This document shows, one piece after another, positions 20,111 through 30,150 of a DNA stretch of 64,000 nt (positions are counted from its first letter, which is position 1; every line of letters starts with the position of its first letter). The notes beneath the pieces were generated by a model, which ran no database searches, had not been told where the DNA came from, and saw only the letters and a program-made list of their open reading frames with translations. The translations under genes were made by a program, and so were the position numbers. The DNA is taken from positions 1 through 64,000 of IMG/VR virus record IMGVR_UViG_3300009104_001210; one strand, written 5' to 3'.

Positions 20111-22331
20111 GATAGCAGTTTGTATGTTGCCAGCTTGGTCTTTAGAGACACCACCATTGAGTCTTGGACTGTTAGCAGGTGCTTTAAAAACAAGAGATAG
20201 AGTTGCGAAACAATTTCATATTAACTTACTATCTGCTGAATATGTAGATGAAGAAGCTAGAGAAGAATTATGGGCACCTACGGGTCACTTCTTTTGGACT
20301 AATGATCATTCATTCAATGATAAAATTCTTCCTACTTATAAAGAATATTGGGATAGTTTGATAGATGAACTTAAAGATTATGATATAGTTACTTTTACAA
20401 CATATTTTTCTAATATAGTTGTTACTGATTATTTTGCTGAAAGATTATATAAGGCTAATCCAAAACTTCATATTTTTTATGGTGGACCATATTGTTGGAA
20501 TGCACCTAAAGGTGGACTTTGTATATCATCACCCGATGGTGAACCCGATAGGTATTGGATAAAATTATCATGTGATAATGAAGGAGAAATTGTTATTAAT
20601 GATTTGGTAGATTGTTATGAGAAAGGTATTAGTTATGAAACTGTAAAAGGAATATGGACATTTGGTTCAACTTCTAAAGATAGACATAAATTTACAGGTA
20701 TGAGAATACCAGAAAAAGAGTTAGATACAATACCAACGCCTATTTGGGATGGTGTAGATTTGGAAATTTACGCTAAACATCACTATTCAGGACATGCACA
20801 TTTACCATTACAAGGTTCACGTGGTTGTACTTATAAATGTACATTTTGTTCAGAGACAAGAATTTTTAGATTTAAGAAAGGTAGAAAGATTAAAGAAGAA
20901 ATTTTAGAACAAACAAGAAAATATGGAATTACTCATTTCTCATTTGTGGATTCTCTTGTTAATGGTTCTATGCCACAATTTAAAATATTAGTAAATGAAT
21001 TAGCAGAAGAGGTTGAAAAAGATCCAAAATTGAAAGATTTAAGTCTTGGTGGATATGCAAGAACCCATAAAGAAATGGATAGTAAATTGATGAGAAAGGC
21101 TGCTAAAGCAGGATTTAAATGGTTATCTATTGGAGTGGAAAGTGGAACGCCTAAAATACTTGAGGTTATAGAGAAAAGACAAACAGTTGAGGGAATCGAA
21201 CAATTGTGGAAAGCTTGTTGGAGACACGGAATACGTATGGATGCTAATTGGATATCAGGCTATCCAAGAGAAAATCATATTGATTGGATAATGAGTTTAC
21301 ATTTTTTATATAAGAATAAACATTATATACCCGTAGTAGCAGCAAATCAGTTTCCTGCAGGAGTAACTCCAGGTACAGCACTTGATCAATATAGAGATGT
21401 ATTTAATATTTCACCATTAGGAAATATATTTTATGATTGGATTAGTAATGATGTAAAAAATACTTATGTTAATAGATTTTTAAGAGTGAAGTTATGTCAT
21501 ATGTTTTTAGAAATATGGAAAATTTACTATTCGGGATTTTGGACTGTAAGAGAGAATATTAAACACATAAAATTTAAAGATCCTAAATCAATGTTTAATA
21601 AAGAACAGTATCAAGAATGGGATCAAAGAGCAAATGGAACATTTTGGCAACAGAGACATAATTGGCATGGAAATAGAGAACAATTTAAGATTAGAAACTT
21701 AAATTATAATGTACCATATTTAGAATTTGCTAATAAAGCTGATACAGGAGAATACGATGCTTCAGTTAGTATTGAAGATACTATAAAAATACAAACAAGA
21801 AACGAAATAAGAGTTTGGTGTTGGCTAATGTATCAGATAGCCGGACCATTTGATATTGAAGTGGAGTTTGATGAAGATTATAGTGAACGAAATATAGATG
21901 GTGCTAGAATGATTAGTAAATTTAAATTTCAATCAGAAATGGATGGTAGTTATAGATTATCAATAGATAATAAATTGACAATAGATAAAAGAGCAAAAAG
22001 AACTATTCATATACAATTACCTATAGAATTAAAACATAGTGATAAAGAAATGTGGAAAAAAAGAAAAAAACAAATAGCGAGAAGATTTCATGAAGATGAA
22101 GAACCTTTACATATAGGTGATCATTTAAAAATTAATAAGGATGGTACTATGGTAACTTTTTATGATATTAGTTTTCATGATAAGTATCACGATGTTGGAA
22201 ATATGAATGATGAGTATGAAGACGAAGATTATTTTCGGAAAAAATATGGAGTACCAAATTATCTTGATGCATTAGATATAGAAAAATATAAACTTAATTT
22301 AAAAAGAACTTTTATGACAGGAAAACATTAA
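20100..22331 (+). CDS. B12-binding radical SAM protein with long C-terminal extension
   Basis: PPLSLGLLAG, YGGP, SRGCTYKCTFC, SIGVESG, WISGYPRE. Confidence 0.85.
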   Translation: MQPKIAVCMLPAWSLETPPLSLGLLAGALKTRDRVAKQFHINLLSAEYVDEEAREELWAPTGHFFWTNDHSFNDKILPTYKEYWDSLIDELKDYDIVTFTTYFSNIVVTDYFAERLYKANPKLHIFYGGPYCWNAPKGGLCISSPDGEPDRYWIKLSCDNEGEIVINDLVDCYEKGISYETVKGIWTFGSTSKDRHKFTGMRIPEKELDTIPTPIWDGVDLEIYAKHHYSGHAHLPLQGSRGCTYKCTFCSETRIFRFKKGRKIKEEILEQTRKYGITHFSFVDSLVNGSMPQFKILVNELAEEVEKDPKLKDLSLGGYARTHKEMDSKLMRKAAKAGFKWLSIGVESGTPKILEVIEKRQTVEGIEQLWKACWRHGIRMDANWISGYPRENHIDWIMSLHFLYKNKHYIPVVAANQFPAGVTPGTALDQYRDVFNISPLGNIFYDWISNDVKNTYVNRFLRVKLCHMFLEIWKIYYSGFWTVRENIKHIKFKDPKSMFNKEQYQEWDQRANGTFWQQRHNWHGNREQFKIRNLNYNVPYLEFANKADTGEYDASVSIEDTIKIQTRNEIRVWCWLMYQIAGPFDIEVEFDEDYSERNIDGARMISKFKFQSEMDGSYRLSIDNKLTIDKRAKRTIHIQLPIELKHSDKEMWKKRKKQIARRFHEDEEPLHIGDHLKINKDGTMVTFYDISFHDKYHDVGNMNDEYEDEDYFRKKYGVPNYLDALDIEKYKLNLKRTFMTGKH

Positions 22332-23599
22332 TGGAAGATTTAAAATATTTTTGTTCACATCTTTTCACTTCTTTAAGTTTTGATCAAAGAGGTCGAGTTA
22401 GGGTATGTTGTAATAATTATGAAATACCAAAAGATGAGAATGGGAAACCAATATTAGTTACAGACGAAGATTTTAGTATGAAAAAAGCTTTTGCGAGTGA
22501 TGTTCATATGAGAATTAGAAAAAATATATTAGCAAATAAACAAGATCCTGGTTGTATTAGATGTTGGCAAACAGAAGATAATGGAGCAGAGAGTTATAGA
22601 ACTATTTGGAATAATACTTTAGCAAGTGGGTTTTATAAAGATATAATGCTAGAGTCTGTAAATTCAGATGGTTACATTGATAATCCATATGTTACTTTTT
22701 TAGATTTTACTCTTGGTAATAAGTGTAATTTAATATGTAGAATGTGTAATGTAGATAATTCACATATATGGGAAAAAGAATCTAAATTACTTTATCCAAA
22801 TCAAGAATTAAATATACCTGAATCTACCGTATCTGTAAATGAAGATTTTTTAAGTGATGAATTTTTTGCAACTAATTTAACGCATTTAAAGCAAGTTAAT
22901 TTTCTTGGTGGTGAACCATTAATTATACAAGAACATATTGATTTTTTGAAACAATGTATTAAATTTGATATAAGTCAAAATATAGTATTATTTTATACAA
23001 CAAATTTAACAACAGTAAAAGATGAGTTATTTGATTTGTGGGAAGAATTTAGACACATTTATCTTGGTGTGAGTATAGATGGTTATAAAGAAGTAGATGA
23101 TTATATTAGATACCCATCTAAGTGGGCAAAGTTAGAAAAGAATATAAAGAAAGTTTCTAAATGGAAAAAAGATCTTAGTATGGACTTACAGATTCACGCA
23201 ACATTTCAAGTATTAAATGTTTTAAACTATGATAAGTTGTTAGAGTGGGTATATTCATTGGGTGATTTAGGTTTTTGGAGAATACCATTTGCTAATTGGG
23301 TAACATATCCTTCTTGGTATGATTGTAGAATATTACCTGATGATTTAAAAGATATTGCTGTAGAGAGAGTAAATAAATTTCTTGATAGTAAAAAAGATGT
23401 TAAGTGGGATGTAGGTGAAGAACAATGGTTAGGTATTTTGAAAAGTAATTTAGTAACTTTAAAAGATGAGTTACCTGAAACAGAACAATATGATGCTATT
23501 GCTAGATTTAAAATTTATACAAAAAAATTGGATATGAATAGAAAACAACATATAAGTAATTATATTCCTGAATTAGAGTATTTTGTTTATGAGTCTTAA
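22331..23599 (+). CDS. Radical SAM protein with N-terminal twitch domain
   Basis: FCSHLF...RVRVCC...GCIRCW; NKCNLICRMC; LGGEP; YTTN; SIDG. Confidence 0.9.
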   Translation: MEDLKYFCSHLFTSLSFDQRGRVRVCCNNYEIPKDENGKPILVTDEDFSMKKAFASDVHMRIRKNILANKQDPGCIRCWQTEDNGAESYRTIWNNTLASGFYKDIMLESVNSDGYIDNPYVTFLDFTLGNKCNLICRMCNVDNSHIWEKESKLLYPNQELNIPESTVSVNEDFLSDEFFATNLTHLKQVNFLGGEPLIIQEHIDFLKQCIKFDISQNIVLFYTTNLTTVKDELFDLWEEFRHIYLGVSIDGYKEVDDYIRYPSKWAKLEKNIKKVSKWKKDLSMDLQIHATFQVLNVLNYDKLLEWVYSLGDLGFWRIPFANWVTYPSWYDCRILPDDLKDIAVERVNKFLDSKKDVKWDVGEEQWLGILKSNLVTLKDELPETEQYDAIARFKIYTKKLDMNRKQHISNYIPELEYFVYES

Positions 23600-25154
23600 T
23601 ATATATTTTGGTTGGGATTATTATAACTATTCTCAAAAATCTGAAGTTAAAAATATAATTGAAAAAAAGTTTACAGATTGTAGACCAAAAAATGTTTGGC
23701 CAAATGATGCAGATACGTTGCCATTATTTGATGACAGTTATGATATTCCAAATGGTTGGCATAACTTATATTCTGTAATACGATATTTTTATAATCAAAA
23801 TTATGAAATTCATGACAGAGATACAAGTGATTTAATAAAAGAAGATATACCTTTTATTTATGTAATTGGAACAAAATCTGGACCATTTACTTGGTCAGAA
23901 GATAGAGCTAAATTATTTCTTAATATAAAACAGCACACTAAAGATTATATTAAAAAAGGTAAAGTATTATTGGTTGTTGATATGTCCGATGAAGGATTTC
24001 CAATGAAATCTACAGAAGAAATGACAGTTTCAGAAGCAGGTTATTATGAACATATAGGAGAGGAAGTTTATAAAAAAGCATTACAAGAAGATTTTCCATT
24101 AGAAAATATAGTTTATTTAACTTCAAATTATAAAATTGCTAAAAAGTATAAATCAATTAAACAAATGGTATTACCCTGGACAGAACTTATTATGAAAAAT
24201 AGTTCCCCAAATCCAATTCCAAAATTAAATCAATATCATTTAAGTACTATAGATACATGGAATGGTTATGGAACTGATATTGCAGATTTGGGAGACATAA
24301 CTTTAGATGATTGGGCAGAAAAAAGATTTGAAAAGGTTTTCAATTATAAAAAAGATAATTTATCTGATATGAAAAGTTTTTTATGTCTTTGTAAATTAGT
24401 AAAAGATTGGAGATTATTTCATTCATTAGGATTAAACTATTATGGATTGCATGAAAAAGGTTTAACTTCATTAATATTGTCAAGAGAAAAATTGATTTTA
24501 TCACCTTATATGTTAGGAAAAGTTGAAAATAAAAAAGAAATGTTAGATTATGAGTTTAATACTAGTTTAATAGAAGATGATTTATTAGATGAATATATAG
24601 AAACTGTAATATTACAATGTAGTTTATTTGGAAAGAAAACTTCATTAAAAAAGGTTAAAACTAAAAATAACATTAAGAATTTATTTGAGAAGTTACCTTT
24701 ATATATTGATAGAAAATCTTTTGATGATGTGAATGGATTTACTGCTTGGGATGAAAGTTTTTATAATGACACTTTCTTTTCTTATACATATAACACTTTT
24801 GCTACAAGTAATAAGACTATATATTTAACAGAAAAAATTTGGAAGGATATAATGTGTTTTCATCCAACAATTTTAGTTTCAAATCCAGGATCACTTAAAC
24901 AGTTAAGAAAGTTAGGATATAAAACACACTCACCTTTTATAGATGAACGATATGATAATTTAGCAGATTTTGATTTGAGGTCAGAAGCACTGTTTTTAGA
25001 AATGAATAAATTGTGTAAGATGAGTAAGAAAGAACTTTTAACTTGGTATGAAAAACAATCAGATATATTATTGTTTAATTTTAAGCATTTTGTTAAATCA
25101 AATCCTTCAAAAAAGACAGTTGATGATATAGTAACGTTATATAAAATATTATGA
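23589..25154 (+). CDS. GT10-like GT-B protein, paralogue 3
   Basis: KSFLCLCK; FFSYTYNT...YLTEKIWK..FHPTI...GYKTHSPFIDERYD. N-terminus near-identical to 25151. Confidence 0.5.
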   Translation: MSLNIYFGWDYYNYSQKSEVKNIIEKKFTDCRPKNVWPNDADTLPLFDDSYDIPNGWHNLYSVIRYFYNQNYEIHDRDTSDLIKEDIPFIYVIGTKSGPFTWSEDRAKLFLNIKQHTKDYIKKGKVLLVVDMSDEGFPMKSTEEMTVSEAGYYEHIGEEVYKKALQEDFPLENIVYLTSNYKIAKKYKSIKQMVLPWTELIMKNSSPNPIPKLNQYHLSTIDTWNGYGTDIADLGDITLDDWAEKRFEKVFNYKKDNLSDMKSFLCLCKLVKDWRLFHSLGLNYYGLHEKGLTSLILSREKLILSPYMLGKVENKKEMLDYEFNTSLIEDDLLDEYIETVILQCSLFGKKTSLKKVKTKNNIKNLFEKLPLYIDRKSFDDVNGFTAWDESFYNDTFFSYTYNTFATSNKTIYLTEKIWKDIMCFHPTILVSNPGSLKQLRKLGYKTHSPFIDERYDNLADFDLRSEALFLEMNKLCKMSKKELLTWYEKQSDILLFNFKHFVKSNPSKKTVDDIVTLYKIL

Positions 25155-26701
25155 AGAAAATTAAACTTGGTTGGGATTATTATAATTATTCTCAACAACC
25201 AGAGATAAAAGAGATTATAAGTAAGAATTTTCAAGGATTTAGTCCTGATGGAACTTACCCAAATGATTCAGATACACTTCCACTATTTGATTCAAATTAT
25301 CAACCGACAAATGCTTGGCACAATCTTGTCAATATTTTATGGAGACATTTACCTGAAAGAAATGAATTAATACATAAAGATACTGTAGATTTTATAAAAG
25401 ACGATGAATCTTTTATTTATTTAATAGCCACTAATGGGGGACCAAAAGATTGGTGTGGTGGTGATACAGAAAGAAATACTTTATTTCATAATATAAAAGA
25501 ACATACAAAAGAACATATTAGAAAAGGTAAAGTACTTGTTACTATTGATTTATCATTTGAGGGATTTCCAATGGATGGAACTGATAGATTGAGTACAATA
25601 GATATGGGAGACCACCCACATATAGCAGAACAACTACATAGTAGAGCAGAAATAGAAAAGTTTCCAATTGAAAATATTGTTTTTTTAAGTGCTAATCATA
25701 AAGATCCTGAAAATTATAAAAAGTGGTGTGAAAAAAATAATAAAACACCTGTTAATTGGATTTTACTTGATTGGTGTGAGAGAGCCATTTCTTCCGACTA
25801 TGAACATTTAGAAGATACATTTGAAGACAATTTCAATTATAAAAAAGATAATATAGATAAATTAAAACACTATCTTTGTTTAATGAGAAGATGGAAGATG
25901 CCAAGAGTGTTTCATCATATGGCATTAAATTATTTTGATTTATTAGATAAAGGGTCTGTTTCAGGTATATTGTCAAGATGGGATTTGTGGAGTATCTTTC
26001 CAGATGTAGATAGAACAAAACTTGAAATGGCACACGAAGGTGAGGTAACTTTTAGTGATTGTGCAACTTCAGATGATTATGATTTTAATAAAAATTTAAG
26101 ACATAGTTCATTGTTAAACGTTGCTACAGATGAGTTTAAAACAAGATTAAGATCTGATCTTACATCATTGGGTAATAATAAATATTTGTGGCAAGTTCGT
26201 AGTTCTGAAAACATTAAAAGTTTTTTAAAGAAACTTCCATTGGTAGTAGATAGAAAAACTTTTGATACTTTAGATTCATTTCATCATTGGGATAGTAAAA
26301 TATATAAAGATACTGTTTTTTCTTATATATATGAAACTTGGTGTTTATCTACAAATATGGTTTTTTATTCAGAAAAGATTTATAAAGCTATTTTAAATTT
26401 TCATCCAATATTGGCTTGGGCTAATCCACAAACAATGGAGTTTTTAAGAAAAAATGGATATAAGACATTTTCTCCCTGGATAAATGAAGATTATGACAAT
26501 CAAGTTGATCCTGATGTTAGAAGTGTATTTTTATTAAAAGAAATGCAAAGGTTATGTGATATGCCAATTAATAAATTATTAGATTGGTATGGAGAACAAT
26601 CAGATATATTGATTCATAATTATAATCATTTTATGAATAACACACATCTTGAGAATAGTGGTGCAGAATTTTTAAAGGTTTATGATAAAGTAGTTAAATG
26701 A
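25151..26701 (+). CDS. GT10-like GT-B protein, paralogue 4
   Basis: KHYLCLMRR; VFSYIYET...FYSEKIYK..FHPI...GYKTFSPWINEDYD. Confidence 0.5.
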   Translation: MKKIKLGWDYYNYSQQPEIKEIISKNFQGFSPDGTYPNDSDTLPLFDSNYQPTNAWHNLVNILWRHLPERNELIHKDTVDFIKDDESFIYLIATNGGPKDWCGGDTERNTLFHNIKEHTKEHIRKGKVLVTIDLSFEGFPMDGTDRLSTIDMGDHPHIAEQLHSRAEIEKFPIENIVFLSANHKDPENYKKWCEKNNKTPVNWILLDWCERAISSDYEHLEDTFEDNFNYKKDNIDKLKHYLCLMRRWKMPRVFHHMALNYFDLLDKGSVSGILSRWDLWSIFPDVDRTKLEMAHEGEVTFSDCATSDDYDFNKNLRHSSLLNVATDEFKTRLRSDLTSLGNNKYLWQVRSSENIKSFLKKLPLVVDRKTFDTLDSFHHWDSKIYKDTVFSYIYETWCLSTNMVFYSEKIYKAILNFHPILAWANPQTMEFLRKNGYKTFSPWINEDYDNQVDPDVRSVFLLKEMQRLCDMPINKLLDWYGEQSDILIHNYNHFMNNTHLENSGAEFLKVYDKVVK

Positions 26702-27978
26702 AACAATTAAGATTATATTACGATTGCTTAACAGAAGATATAATTTGGAATGACAACCAAGAAGAAATAAATTTAATTCCAAATTGTATGCCAAATGATA
26801 AAGGATTCACATTTAGCCATTTTGGTTTTTTGATAACAAGAGCTACGGGTGAAGAAAATTGGAAAGAATATAAGAATAAATTTGAAATAACATTAACTAA
26901 TGATAGAAGTCAGAAATATGTTTATGTAGTAGAACCACAAGGTATAAGTACTTTGTTATTTGAATCTTTACCAACACTTATTGATAAAAATGTATTTAAA
27001 GATATTCAAAATGGTAGAGCTACATTGTGTATGTGTTATATACAAGAGGGAGATCATTATAAAGAGTTTTATGATGATGTTGATAAGTTTTGTAGTGATA
27101 ATTCTATATCTTCAGAGAATTTTATGTTTGTAACTAACAATCCAAATATAAAACAAACAGATAATATTTTTAGTATAGATTATTATTATAACCACGTATC
27201 TACGGTTTATCAAAATGATTATAGATATGCAAAAGATGATTGTAGAATTAATAAATTAGAAAATCTTGATTATGATAAAATAAGAGATAACTATTTTTTA
27301 TGTTTTAATAGATCACCAAAGTTGCATAGAACTATACTAATATCATTTTTATTGAAAGAAAACTTGTTAGATAAAGGATTGATTAGTTTAGGACCTATGG
27401 ATAAGATAAATACAGAAGAGGGGAGCAATTGGCAAGAAAGTTCAAGAAATTGGAGAACGCCAATATATTCTGAATTAAAAAAAGAAATTATGCCATATTG
27501 GGAAAAAGTAAAAGAAATGTCGCCAATGACAGTTGATCTTTCAAGTGAAGTGATGATTGATGGTTATATATCTTCTTGGATAGGAATAGATCCTACAATA
27601 TATAATCAATCTTATTTTTCTTTAGTTACCTCTACAAGTTTTGATACTCCCTGGTTTCATCCCGATGAAAAGTTTTGGAAACCACTTGGTCAGTTTCATC
27701 CGTTTATTTGGATTGGTCCACCAAATTCATTAGATAATTTAAGAAAATTAGGGTTTAAATCATTTTCTCCCTGGATTGATGAGTCATATGATAAGGAAGA
27801 AGATTGTGAAAAACGAATGTTGATGATAGTGAATGAGATAAAAAGATTATGTGATATGAATTATAATGAGATTCATAGGTGGTATTTAAGTATGAAACTC
27901 GTATTACTTCATAATTGGGAGCGAATATTGTATTATAATCCAAATCCTTTTTTAAAAATGTACACTAAGTTATTATGA
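26698..27978 (+). CDS. GT10-like GT-B protein, paralogue 5
   Basis: YFLCFNRSPKLHR; YFSLVTST...PDEKFWKP..FHPFI...GFKSFSPWIDESYD. Confidence 0.5.
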   Translation: MKQLRLYYDCLTEDIIWNDNQEEINLIPNCMPNDKGFTFSHFGFLITRATGEENWKEYKNKFEITLTNDRSQKYVYVVEPQGISTLLFESLPTLIDKNVFKDIQNGRATLCMCYIQEGDHYKEFYDDVDKFCSDNSISSENFMFVTNNPNIKQTDNIFSIDYYYNHVSTVYQNDYRYAKDDCRINKLENLDYDKIRDNYFLCFNRSPKLHRTILISFLLKENLLDKGLISLGPMDKINTEEGSNWQESSRNWRTPIYSELKKEIMPYWEKVKEMSPMTVDLSSEVMIDGYISSWIGIDPTIYNQSYFSLVTSTSFDTPWFHPDEKFWKPLGQFHPFIWIGPPNSLDNLRKLGFKSFSPWIDESYDKEEDCEKRMLMIVNEIKRLCDMNYNEIHRWYLSMKLVLLHNWERILYYNPNPFLKMYTKLL

Positions 27979-27998
27979 TGTTTTATTAATGAGTATGA

Positions 27999-28006
27999 TA
28001 TTTATA
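27999..28006 (+). promoter_or_regulatory. TATTTATA motif (putative promoter of the second island operon)
   Basis: Exact motif followed by TATGAG, at the head of a ~120-nt structured leader. Confidence 0.6.
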
Positions 28007-28007
28007 T

Positions 28008-28127
28008 ATGAGTCGGGTAGAGCTAACGCGAGTAAAGAACTTGAAAGTCCAAACCCTCTACAATATAAGACTATAAAACATGGGTGGCATCAAATGTTGA
28101 TGCCTTCATTAATTGGAGGCTTTTTTT
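28008..28127 (+). promoter_or_regulatory. Structured 5' leader of rmlC: candidate riboswitch/attenuator, also carrying a 22-codon uORF (28008-28076)
   Basis: AGTC/GACT (28011-14/28069-72) and GTAGAG/CTCTAC (28017-22/28056-61) stems. Perfect 8-bp hairpin GGCATCAA/TTGATGCC (28086-28104) overlaps a second hairpin that occludes the SD. Confidence 0.55.
28102..28127 (+). terminator. Intrinsic terminator-like and SD-sequestering hairpin
   Basis: GCCTTCA-TTAAT-TGGAGGC (7 bp incl. one G-U) followed by T7 and then the ATG at 28128. GGAGG is the SD. Confidence 0.6.
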
Positions 28128-28631
28128 ATGTTTAAAACTAATGTTACAAAATCGGAAGTATTTCCTGAAGTTAAAATCTTTCAGCCAGATTCCTGGTTTG
28201 ATTATCGTGGAGAAATGTGGACTTTTTGGGAATCAACATACGATACACCAAAAGAAAAAATTTCTAAATTTACTCGTTCAAGAAAAAATGTTCTTCGTGG
28301 ATTACATGGTGATAATGTAACTTGGAAGCATATTACTTGTGTTTGGGGAGAAATTTACTTAGTAGTAGTTGATAACAGACCAGAATCTAAAAATTATTTA
28401 AAATGGGATAGTTTTATTATATCAGAGAGAAATCATACAAGTGTTTTAGTACCACCTAATTTTTTAAACGGTCATTTGTGTTTAAGTGATGAATGTTTAT
28501 TTCATTACACACAATCTTATCCAAAAGATTATGTTGATTGGATGGATCAAGATGCTTTAAAATGGAATGATGAAAGAATTGGAATAAATTGGCCAATAGA
28601 TAATCCAATATTAAATTGGAGAGATAAATGA
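28128..28631 (+). CDS. rmlC: dTDP-4-dehydrorhamnose 3,5-epimerase
   Basis: DYRGEM, SRKNVLRGLHG, CVWGEIYLVVVDNR, VLVPPNFLNGH, IGINWPI. ATG 28128 follows GGAGG. Confidence 0.9.
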   Translation: MFKTNVTKSEVFPEVKIFQPDSWFDYRGEMWTFWESTYDTPKEKISKFTRSRKNVLRGLHGDNVTWKHITCVWGEIYLVVVDNRPESKNYLKWDSFIISERNHTSVLVPPNFLNGHLCLSDECLFHYTQSYPKDYVDWMDQDALKWNDERIGINWPIDNPILNWRDK

Positions 28632-29569
28632 AACATATAGTAACAGGTGGCTGCAGTTTTTCAGAAACTAAAAATTGTGTTGACTATACAGTTAAGGGTG
28701 TATCTTATGATAATCTTGAGTATGATACATATAAACCTTGGCCATTACATTTAGAAGATGTAGTTTCAAATTCTAAAGTACATAATATGGCAGTTCCTGG
28801 TGCTGGTAATGGTTATATTATAAGATCTGTTATATGGAAAGTTGATAAGTTGTTAAGAGAAGGAATAAAGCCACAGGTTTTTGTACAATTAACTTCAATG
28901 GATAGAAAAGAATTATTATTAGATGTAGATGACGCTAGCAGTGAAACAGATAAAAATTTATTGATTCATTACATAACCACATTAGATGCTCGGTTTAAAA
29001 GAAAAGATGGTGGTATACAATGGGAAAATGTTAAAAAACATAATCTTAATAAATTGTGGATAAAACATTCATATAGTGAAGATTCTATTATGAAATATTG
29101 GTACAAATATTATAATAGTAAAGAAAGTTCATTTGTAGAAACAATTGAACAAATATTAAGATTACAATGGTATTTAAAATTACATAAGATTAATTATAAA
29201 ATATTTTCAGGATGGAATATCTTTATAGGTCAAACTTCAGCAGTAACCGAAGATTTTGATATGAATCAAAGAGAAACAAATGTAGCAAGTAAACATTTAG
29301 GTAGTTATTTAAAATCAAATTTTAAAGAATTATATACTTTATGGGAAATGGTTGATTGGGATAATTTTTGGTTTCAATCAACTACTCAGCATCCATATAT
29401 ATCTGGATATGGTGGAATAACTGAATGGTCAGATAATAATTTACCATTTAAAGATAGATATATTACAGGAGATAGAACTTATGAAGATGGTTCACCATTG
29501 GATTCTCACCCTTCAGATAAAGCACACAAAGAATTTGCAAAACAGGTAGTAAAAAAATGGGTAAAATAG
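28628..29569 (+). CDS. SGNH/GDSL-fold protein
   Basis: TGGCSFS; NMAVPGAGN; C-terminal DSHPSDKAH. Confidence 0.6.
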   Translation: MKHIVTGGCSFSETKNCVDYTVKGVSYDNLEYDTYKPWPLHLEDVVSNSKVHNMAVPGAGNGYIIRSVIWKVDKLLREGIKPQVFVQLTSMDRKELLLDVDDASSETDKNLLIHYITTLDARFKRKDGGIQWENVKKHNLNKLWIKHSYSEDSIMKYWYKYYNSKESSFVETIEQILRLQWYLKLHKINYKIFSGWNIFIGQTSAVTEDFDMNQRETNVASKHLGSYLKSNFKELYTLWEMVDWDNFWFQSTTQHPYISGYGGITEWSDNNLPFKDRYITGDRTYEDGSPLDSHPSDKAHKEFAKQVVKKWVK

Positions 29570-30150
29570 ATAAACAATATTTAATAGACTTTGAAACAGA
29601 AGTAAAAGAACGATATGAAGCAGGAGAAATTAAAGCACCTGTACATTTAAGTTCTAATAATGAAGAACAACTTATAGAAATCTTTGAACAAGTTAATAAA
29701 GATGATTGGGTATTTTGTAGTTGGAGAAATCATTATCATGCATTACTGCATGGTATTCCAAGAGATACACTTATGGATATGATTGTTCGTGGTAAGAGTA
29801 TGAGTGTATATTCAGATAAACCAAAATTCTATTCATCATCTATTGTTGGTGGAATATTACCGATAGCTCTTGGAACTGCTATGTCAATTAAAATGAAAGG
29901 TGAGGAGAATAAGGTTTGGTGTTTTGTGGGTGATATGACTTTTGAAACAGGATTGTTTTATGAGACATATAAATATGCTAGAAACTTTAACTTACCTTTA
30001 GAGTTTGTAATTGAAGATAATAATCTTTCCACTAATACTCCAGTTGATGAAACTTGGGGTGGAAAGCAAACAGTACCAGCAGATGTATATCACTATGAAT
30101 ATAAAAGTGATTACCCACATCATGGAACAGGAAATTGGGTGTTATTCTAA
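29557..30150 (+). CDS. TPP-dependent E1 alpha-like subunit (pyruvate dehydrogenase/transketolase N-terminal type)
   Basis: PVHLS..NEE, SWRNHYHALL, TPP motif GDMTFETG...EDN, YPHHGTG. Confidence 0.88.
   Translation: MGKIDKQYLIDFETEVKERYEAGEIKAPVHLSSNNEEQLIEIFEQVNKDDWVFCSWRNHYHALLHGIPRDTLMDMIVRGKSMSVYSDKPKFYSSSIVGGILPIALGTAMSIKMKGEENKVWCFVGDMTFETGLFYETYKYARNFNLPLEFVIEDNNLSTNTPVDETWGGKQTVPADVYHYEYKSDYPHHGTGNWVLF

Noticed and set aside
28017-28061. Hammerhead-like three-way junction in the rmlC leader (stem, CUAACGC, stem, GAAA)
   Set aside because: The core differs from CUGANGA at two invariant positions, and stem III with the UH cleavage site cannot form properly. Kept only as a generic structured leader.
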